DNA of 64,000 nt from Paragordius varius (Eukaryota > Animalia > Nematomorpha), in assembly GCA_964247055.1 (NCBI GenBank), contig OZ176050.1:2852001-2916000 (forward strand), written 5' to 3'. Position numbers and translations under genes: made by a program. This document shows positions 55,256 through 64,000 of this stretch, piece by piece (within the stretch, counting starts at the first letter, position 1; each line of letters starts with the position of its first letter). The notes below the pieces were generated by a model. It did not search any database and was not told the origin of the DNA. It saw only the letters and a program-made list of their open reading frames with translations.

Positions 55256-58200
55256 ATGAAAAACTATATTCCAAAATTACTAAAGTTTAAATCGTTATGG
55301 ATTCATTTTCGAACTTTTTTCTTTCTTTTCTTGACAGGAGCCATCATGGCAACCTTGGCTTTTGCTATTGATTTCCTTACAATAAAACTTCATACGGGTA
55401 TAAATTATTTTTTTCTCTGATATATTTTTATTGAGCAACTAACTTTAAAACCGGTTATTTATCTATTAAATTTCATAAAATATCTAATTTATCCCATGTA
55501 TTAAGGTCGATCTTATATTTTGGAAAAATTCGGATGCGAACCATCTTACATTGGTTTTGTTGTTTGGGCAATTTTTATAGTCCTTCTATGGATGTTTGCT
55601 GCAGCCATTTGTGTAATCAGTCCGGTATCTAAAGGTAACATCAAAATATTAAATCTTTTTTTTAATCTAATGTTTACGTGTAATACTATAAAATACGCCC
55701 AAATGAAACTCTCGATTGGAAAAATAAAAAATGTAATCATTATACCGTAGAGCAGAGTCCAACACGCTTTTTTCGGTATGCAAAAGGGCTCTAAAAAATG
55801 TAAAAATAAAAAATTCAATTTCAATTAAAAATTAATCATTATTTACAACAGAAATTCGGCTTAATTTATGATAGCAGCCGCGAAGAGATTTGTGTTGGGC
55901 ACCCTTATCGTACAGTTTTCCAAACGCTACCCCGTTTAAAATTATATTTATTTATGCATCATATTAGAACTATGTACATATATATTCTATATATAGGTTC
56001 AGGAATTCCAGAAATAAAAACCTTTATTTTGGGCTTTGAACCGGATTGTTTACTTCAATTTTTTACTTGGGCAACGCTGCTCGTTAAAATAATTGGTTTA
56101 ATGTTAGCGACGGGCACTGGGCTCCCGGTCGGGAGAGAAGTTTCAATATTTACAATAACATATTATTCGCATTTTAGGGTCCTTTTATTCACATTTCCAG
56201 TATTTGTATTATTAAACTTGCCCAATATATATACAAACGGGATTTAGAACAAGTTTTTTTTCTTATAGAATTATTAAAAAAATAGGATCTCATAAATAGA
56301 AAAGATCTTTTTGTCATTGGCTGTGCCATAGGAGTGGCAATATGTTTTTCGGCTCCCATAGGAGGTTTATATTATTTTTATTATCTAATTTATCTCTTTT
56401 TTTCTTGATTGGAAATAATTTCATAATAAAATATAATAGGTGTTCTTTTTAGCATTGAAGCAACATCCAAGTATTATGCCTTAAAGAATTATGGAAAAAG
56501 TTTTTTGGGTGGAACATCGGGCGCTATTATTTACAAATTGTTTGATCTAGCTTTTTACCAAAAAAGTAAGTTACCAAATTTGATAGTAAATTATGTTTTA
56601 CAGATTTGTCAGAAACGCATTTAGCCACTAGAATGTTGGATAATTTCTCAATATCACCCAAAGAACTTTTCTTATACGTTGCGATTGGGTATAAATGGAA
56701 TTGTGATAACGGAATATAGGATTATTTGCGGAATATTTGGATCTACATTTAACCTATGTCTGAAATATATAATAAAATTGTTGAACACCAATTATCTTAA
56801 AATAATTTATAACAGGTATTTTTTGCATTACCTATAATATATTTGATAGATGGTGGCTTTACACATTTATAGTTGCACTTTATTTTGCCAGCGTTACCTA
56901 CCCACCGGGGTTAGGAAAGTATTTTTGGGCACAGGTATATTTTATTTTCAAATTTTAATTATTTTACCGTTTTTTTAAAATTAAGGAAACCTAAAATGTT
57001 TTTGTAAAGTATTTGCGATATTGTCATTTTTATAGCCTGCTTAATATTTTATCCCAATTAGATAAATTATTAGAGCAGCTTTGTTTATTTGTTTCTTCTT
57101 ATGATATTCTAAATTATATGGTGTAAACATTTTTTAAATTACTACACAACTTGTACTGAAAATTGAAACTATTTATTTAAACTCTATCGTTAGGGGATAA
57201 GTTTTTCCAAAATGTTTTTGGTTTCGCAAAAGAATATAAAATGTTAAAAGAAAATCATCGCCTTCTACACATTTCTCATCTGTCAAGTAATATAGAATGG
57301 TCGCGCTAGAAAAATTGATTGTCTTTTGTGGATAATTATTTGTCGAGCCATTTTCTAATGTCTTCGAAATTATTGAAGCTGCTATGCTAGAGGGTTCCGC
57401 ATAAATGCGAAGTTGTATCAGAAAACGTCAGTAGAGTCCAGCCAAAGAAGAATTTGCAAGGTGTCACTAGTTTTTGCTACGAGAGACGGCGCATTTCCAT
57501 AGTCCATCCGGTCGTTTTTGGATTAATGCATGATTTAAATTAGTCATTTGTTGGCTAATCGTGTATTAACGGTTTCATCGGGTTCCAAAAGTTAATAATA
57601 CACAATATCACTTTGGTCCCACCAGATACAGAGGATAATCTTCTTGCGTTGCCATTTTTGTGATGATGGATTGGCTTAGCAAGGTAAAGCCACGATTTTT
57701 CCGCCTTGGTATCATCACCCATCCCAATTCGATAAAAAAATGCTTTATTACCACATTAAAGCAGGATTTCACGAGTAACTTTGTATTTTTGACATGTAGG
57801 TTATTGAAATGTGGGACCCACATACTGATTTATTAATCTTTGTTTCCGGTTGCTCATAGACATTATTGATTGTTTTTTGTGACATGTAATTCTTCTGCCA
57901 ATTCTTGTTAAGTTTGAGTTGGGTCATCCATGATAACCGTTGCCCTTTGGAAGTGTACCTACACTCGTTCACATAAAATCACAACTTTTCACTTCTAAAC
58001 TATGGTTTCTCATGCGTCAACCGATAGTCATGTTCCCCATATATTTCTGCTGAGCGATAATTCTCAACAGCCTTTTTCTTCTGATAGCAATGCGAAAAAA
58101 GTTCCTTACAGTCATAGAATGATAACATTAAGCCTCAAATTTTTGGCGGAATTTAATTGTGGGTAATTTTGTTTAATGTGAGAAACAAATTGGGGTCTTT

Positions 58201-60627
58201 TACAAATAATCGTCTGCATACTCGTTGACGTCTTCTTTTAATTAACACGATGCTCACGATTACGCACAACTTTGCAAAATACCTATTTATTTTTTTTATT
58301 AGCTAACTCAACCCTTAATTTTAAAACACCTCTTCTACAATAATACGATTGGAGAAGGGCCTTTTTATCATTCTTACTTACTAGAACCGAATTGTTATGA
58401 TGTATACACTAATAATACTTTAGCCATTGCTGGAAGACTGATTATATTTACAATTTATCAGGTTCATTATATATTTCTTTGGTTTACAAAATGGCTTATA
58501 CATTTCTAAATAATATTTAGACAAATTTTAAATTTACAAAAAATTACCGAATTAAATAATTTCTAATATAAAAAATATTTTATCATAATCTATCTTTTAC
58601 CACGTATAATATTCATATAATAGTATGAATAATTTTATATTTGGGCGTTTATTTAAATATAAAAATTGCTAATATAATTTTTCTTATTTTGGTTTAGCTT
58701 AGCGGAACTTTGTTAATATTAACTCTTCCGATGCCCACCGGATTGTTTGTTCCGGTTTTTATTACAGGTTGAAATTTTTAATTATTTTAGGCGCCGCATT
58801 GGGTAATATGTTCGGACTTTTGTCTTTTAGATTTATGCGCAGTTTGTTTGCTTCAAACGAAAATTTTATACGTGGCACGTTTGCTATGATTGGTATTATT
58901 AAAATCCTATAATTTAAAATTTTTAAAACTTCTTATTTATGATAATTCCTTAAATTATTATTTTAAAAACTGTCTAAGCATCATAAAATTAATTCGGTTT
59001 CGTGAATCAAAATAGGGATGTGCGAAAAAATATTATAGAAGCCTGTTAATCAAACTTTGATATTATTTAAGATTGAGTATAGAGAAGTTTTTTGCGGGTA
59101 AACATTATGGATTTCTTTGTTTAATTACATTTTGTGGTTTTTTTTTCTATGAAGAGATTAATGTTAATAATAAGCCTACACAAAATTTATTAACCAATTT
59201 GATTTACAAAACTAAAACCTCAGTTTTATATGTAAATTTTTATTTCACCACCAAGGGGCTGCCGCTTTTACGGGTAGTGTGACCCAAACCATATCGACAG
59301 CAGTCATTGTTTTTGAAATGACTGGTCAAACCACAATCCTTTTTCCAGCCATGGTATTTTATGATTATCATTTATTATTTAAAATCAATTTTATCAAATA
59401 TCATAACTTTGGTAATTATTATGATAGTTTACCTCACCTTATAATATTTTTTTGGTAGATTTCAGTATTATCAGCCAACGCAGTATCTCATTTTTTCGGG
59501 CCATCGGCTTACGATGTCTTGATTGTCAGTAAAAATCTCCCATATATACCTGATGAGACCAAAATTACAGTATTTCATAATTTTTTAAAGGTGAATAGTA
59601 TACTGCAAAAGATTTTATGATGGATGTTAGAAATTTTAAATGTATTGACATGAAAAATTATAAAACGTTGCAAAGCTTAGTCTCATTAATTGACAATCAA
59701 GTGTTTGATCAAACTGAATACCCAATCATAGAAGATTATAGTTTATAATTTTTTTAACGAAAGAAAGTTCTAGATTTCTTGGAACAGTGAATAATGACAT
59801 TATAAAGTCATATTTGACAGAAAAAATTGGAACTATGCCTGATGAAAACATGTATACAAAGAAGAAAAAATCCTATAAAATGGTATAAGCAATTTATATT
59901 GATATTTAACACTTAATGTTAAAAATTTCCATTCCTTTTATGGTAGCCCGCTTCTTCCTCTCTCAAAATTATAATCCTTTTGCGCTTTAAGAAAAATTGT
60001 GTTCGGTACTAAAACCAGCTCAAAAAGAGATAATAGTTGCTCTGCTTTAATAAACATTTACAAATCACTACTTATTTTTTGAGCGATTTAATTTATCAAG
60101 TTTTATTTTAAATCGAGAAAACCGTTAAATGCTTTTTTGCCACTAATTCCATACTTTTTCCAATATATTAAATATTAAGCCTTCCCCCATATTCCACAAT
60201 ACAAATATTAAATAAAATATTTACATATTATTCAATCTTAGAATTTGATATATGGAAGCTTTTATAATGGTTTAAGCGTGGAAAAATTGAATGAAACAAT
60301 CGTTTGGGAAGATTTGCTGAAATTTAATAGAGGTGCCTGTCTACAAGTTGGAATGCAAACACCTCTTGAAAAAGTTATTTTTTACGGATTATGCGGAAAA
60401 ATATGATTGTTTTACACACTAAAAATTTAAAAAATATAGCTAAAAAAAGGTTCATTTGTTTTGCCTAAGGTTGTAACCAATAAATATATTTTTGATATTA
60501 AAAGACAGTATAGTTAACTATTAGGGCAAATGTAAATTCAGTTAATCTTTGTAAAATGGGTCTCTTTGCAGTGCTTGATATTTTTAAATCCATGATTGAT
60601 TCATTGAATGCGTATTTAGAAATATGA
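55256..60627 (+). CDS. CLC family chloride channel (CLC-1/2-like channel type) with CBS domains
   Basis: GSGIPEIKT (~55997), GLPVGRE|GPFIH, FSAPIGGVLFSIEAT, LPMPTGLFVPVFIT|GAALG, AAFTGSVTQTISTAVIVFEMTGQ, GPSAYDVLIVSKNLPYIP; CBS-like YPIIED..FLGTV and LQVGMQTPLEK. Start codon and last exons (stop placed at 60625-60627) are less certain. Confidence 0.88.
57190..58260 (-). mobile_element. Decayed mariner copy D inside a CLC intron
   Basis: Minus-strand motifs WVPH, RIGMGD, ILCIWWDQSDIVYY*LLEPDETVNT, QQMTNLNHALIQKRPD, FNNFEDIRKWLD. 5' leader similar to copy B. Ends degenerate and approximate. Confidence 0.82.
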
Positions 60628-61071
60628 AACGGCTCCCCTTTATTTTTTCGGATAAATTAATATTAAACCATCTACAAGTGATAAAAATATAATACTGCTA
60701 ATTTCTAGTACTGAAAATATTCATATTATAGGACTAGGGGCTCTAAATCCGTCTTTTATATTTTAATTTATATGGTTTTATAAATTGATTTATATATCAT
60801 TAGCGAAATCACAAACTATTTTATTCATTTTACACCACATAAATTATCTAGATTTTTGAACTGAATGCCGTTTTGAATGCCAAAATAATTTACATCACTT
60901 CGATGGGTCGATTGATTGGAATAATAAACACAAAAAAGTTACCTCTACTTGGAAATTAATCAAACAATTCATGTGGCAATTTATATATACATTTAATTAT
61001 ATATGAATTTGTGTAAATTTTTTGTTGCACTCTTACATATAAATAATTACAAAGAATAAATAACATGCAAT

Positions 61072-63162
61072 TTATGTCGCCGGGGTATTTTGAGTAATGG
61101 CTTCAACCCGTTTTTTGTATTCCTCGTTGTCAGACGTAAGTTTTTGATGATCGGATTTTAATTTTTCCAAATCTTTGGCATTATCCTCGATGGAAGCTTT
61201 CGATTTTTCCATTTCTGCCACAATAATGGCTGACCTGCCTTTCACGTCGTCTTTCTGTTTTTTTCTTGTGTTTAATGATTCCTCCAATTTTTTATTACTT
61301 TCTTTTTGCTGTGCATATATTAATTTTAATTAAATAATTATAAAATATTGATATTTTGAATAGACAAAAAAGAAACCGGACCGAGGTGGTCAATGGACGA
61401 AAAAAAGAGTAATTTCTAAGATATTGCCTAAAATTTCATAACTAGGTTTTGGTTCTTTGTGGTTTCGATTCCGGTTCGACGCCCTGAAGAAAACCATCAT
61501 CTTTCAGGCTATTAGGGAAATAATCCACCAAAATTAAATTTTAACAGTCGGATTTTTGTGAAATATTTTTTTAAAAAAAAATTTATTAAAGTTGTAAATT
61601 AACAAATGGAAATTTTATTTTTTGAAATTATGGTTGAAAAGTTGAGTATTTTCCTTAAGGCCTAAATACTCATATCACGAAAACTAATATACATTTTTAG
61701 GAATTTTGAATGAGGAATATATATATATATATTGCATGGCCCTCTAAATTTTTGCAGCTTTTTCATATACAAAATTTTAAGTGATCCAAATGGAATTCTT
61801 AAATAAAATTTTCCGACCAAATTTTTCCAAATTTCGGCTAAGAACTAGTAAAAATTGTTGAAAATAGTAGTTTTTACATTAAGTTTAAAATCTAATAAAA
61901 TATATTGCCCATATATTTTGCGAAAGTGGCCTGTAAGATTTTTCGAATTAACTACCCACGAAGTCATTTGTGTTGGACACCCCTGCTTTAAATGCAAAAT
62001 CATACATTTTAAAATAAACATATGTTAAAGTTTTTTTGTTTTTGGATATATTTTCATCAAAACAAATATTAATTATTAATTTTGCGTGATAATTTTATTA
62101 TAAATTTATATCTTTATTCCAAAGTTATAAATTAAATAATTATATTTTTTTAATTTTTTACCTATAATTTTTTTAATACTTATTATCTATATATATTTTT
62201 AAAAATGGAAAATGCTGGCCTTGTGATCTGTTTCCGGAAAACCGGTATACCCATTCAAATCCCAATGTCGAAAAATTATAATCATTAATTGCCCCGACAA
62301 TAGCTTCGCCCGTTTTTTGAAATAGGCCCCCAGTTAGGGCCCATCCCGTGTGAAAAATGGGTTTTTTTCGAAAACTCCACAAACATCGTGTCTTGGGACA
62401 ATTTTCTTGAGATGTTGGACCATTCAATTTCAGATATGATTTCTTTTCTTATATTCGATTGCGCCGAACATAGTCGGCTCGCTATTTAATTTAGGCCCTC
62501 TTTTTACCCGCTCCCCCCGTAAAATGCCATTTTTTTTAAAAGAATTAGGTCCACAAAAATAATTTTTTAAATCTATTTTTCGCCCAAGTAAACAATATCT
62601 TAGTATGAATGCCCCGTTTTGAAATTCCTATGAGATTATAGCTAAAATAATGTTTCGAAATAATCCACATATGTGGATAATTTTATTGTCCTTTTTTTCA
62701 AACAGCCTCTCCCCCTCCCAGAAGTCCGAAGGATTTCCTCGGGCTGCCTAGCAGCACGAGATTTACGCTAGTAACTTATAAAATAAAATCCTTTTAACTT
62801 AATTACCTACCGATATTCCATTCTTCACATTTATCAATCTTATATTTTTAGTTATCATTCCTTATGTCGTGATCATAGATGCTGTAATTTATTCGCAACT
62901 ATTAATTTTTTTATTAAAACCTCTATCATAAATAATCAAGTGGAAGCAAAGAAAAATTTAAGAGCAACAATCTAAAACACCGCAAAACTTTCTAAAATAT
63001 CTAAAAACGTGAAAATTTCAATAAACATAAGAGAATAAATAGGTAGTGATAAAAATTATGATTATTCTAATAGAATACTTTACTAGCTGTGCGGCAAGAT
63101 TTTAACCAACCAAGAGTACTTGCGATGGCGACAACAGCTGCTCCAATGGTTACAGGGTCCAT
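61072..63162 (-). CDS. Unknown gene: coiled-coil last exon (61072-61308) and candidate first exon with a hydrophobic N-terminus (ATG 63162)
   Basis: Acceptor CAG at 61309-61311, then QKESNKKLEESLNTRKKQKDD..DLEKLKSDHQKL..EAITQNTPAT*. Candidate start MDPVTIGAAVVAIASTLGWLKSC. Internal exons and the linkage of the two ends are not resolved. Confidence 0.45.
61735..61986. mobile_element. Possible hAT-type non-autonomous element terminus
   Basis: GTGTTGGACACCCCTG near 61970-61985 (reverse complement CAGGGGTGTCCAAC) resembles recalled hAT termini; no partner terminus or TSD found. Confidence 0.3.
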
Positions 63163-63345
63163 TTTAGAATAGATTAGTAGATGAATTTGATGTATTAACA
63201 TATTTTCCGATTATTTTCATTAAATACACATTTAGGCCAGGATAGTTAAGAATTTAATTAAATTTTAGTTAATTCAATAAAGAACGATGAGTATATTGAG
63301 GTGTTCTAAAAAACTTTTTAACCACATTGTATAATAATATTGTAT
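63163..63345. promoter_or_regulatory. Candidate bidirectional promoter (183 bp between divergent ATGs)
   Basis: Inferred only from the head-to-head geometry of ATG 63162 (-) and ATG 63346 (+). Confidence 0.35.
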
Positions 63346-63994
63346 ATGGGTCAAACGTGTTCATGCTGTAAGAAACTCAAATTTTGGAAAAAGTCTGACA
63401 CTATAGATCCAGAAACTAGAGGTAAAGATATAATACCAAAAGCTCCACCCTTACCCACAAAAGTTAAAATACGAGATTCCGAATCCATTTTAAATCCAAA
63501 CTATAAACCTGGTGAAAGTTTATCTTCAGATACGTCTTATACAGGAGCGGATCCTTGTTCTGAGGAGAGTAGTCATGAAATAATGGCAGCAGACTCAGAA
63601 GCCGCTCTTAAAAAACTAAATGAGCGTAAAAAACCACAAACGAATTTATATCCCTCCATATATCCGCAATCCCTTACTCCATATCCATACTTTTACAATA
63701 GCAAGGTAGGAAGTAAACAACAACCAATACCTATTAAACGTCAGATTCCGTTTGAGCACAAAGTCCAGGAAATCCAATCGGATCCCACTTTTTCTTATGA
63801 ATGGGCAAAAGTTAAAGATGGGAATGCCTTAACGCATGTGTTAAGCATAAAAAAACACGAAACCGATGCTCATCAGTTAAAGGCATCGACTGACACATTG
63901 CCTGAGCCACAATTTTCTCAAATAAAACCTCAAGAAACACCAAAAATTAAATCCGACATTAAGGATATGATAAGCAATGTTATCAAACCAAACG
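63346..63994 (+). CDS. First exon of an unknown protein with an N-terminal myristoylation/palmitoylation motif; continues beyond the window
   Basis: Stop-free frame MGQTCSCCKKLKFWKKSD..KAPPLPTK..VIKPN of 216 codons ending at a G|GTAAGT donor (63994/63995). Not in the ORF track because it has no stop inside the window. Confidence 0.75.
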
Positions 63995-64000
63995 GTAAGT

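Noticed and set aside
61376-61480. tRNA or tRNA-derived SINE (A-box-like GACCGAGGTGGTCAATGG, B-box-like GGTTTCGATTCC; similar B-box-like text near 11735)
   Set aside because: Box spacing is ~85 nt, there is no cloverleaf and no convincing second full copy.

Overview
AT-rich, intron-rich animal genomic DNA. The organism is not identified; its 22-38 nt spliceosomal introns resemble those reported for reduced parasitic lineages such as dicyemids, orthonectids and myxozoans. Left to right: (1) the end of a ~170-bp satellite array with a 513-bp trimeric higher-order repeat (1-2466); (2) decayed mariner transposons, four related copies in the window, one interrupted by a MITE; (3) an SLC22-type transporter on the minus strand (5831-12402); (4) a DOCK180/CED-5-type Rac GEF on the minus strand (12973 to at least 32344), whose DHR-1 lipid-binding domain is split by a 4.69-kb intron that holds a complete antisense ~1180-aa multi-MATH/TRAF-like coiled-coil gene, and another of whose introns is almost entirely one ~1-kb imperfect hairpin; (5) clathrin heavy chain (33 exons, 35564-52095, 1676 aa by my hand-assembled model); (6) an RTE retrotransposon fragment with a twin-priming-type 5' inversion; (7) a channel-type CLC chloride channel; (8) a head-to-head pair of unknown genes at the right edge, one starting with a myristoylation/palmitoylation motif. 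All exon models and alignments were made by eye, and protein assignments rest on recalled family motifs, not database searches.
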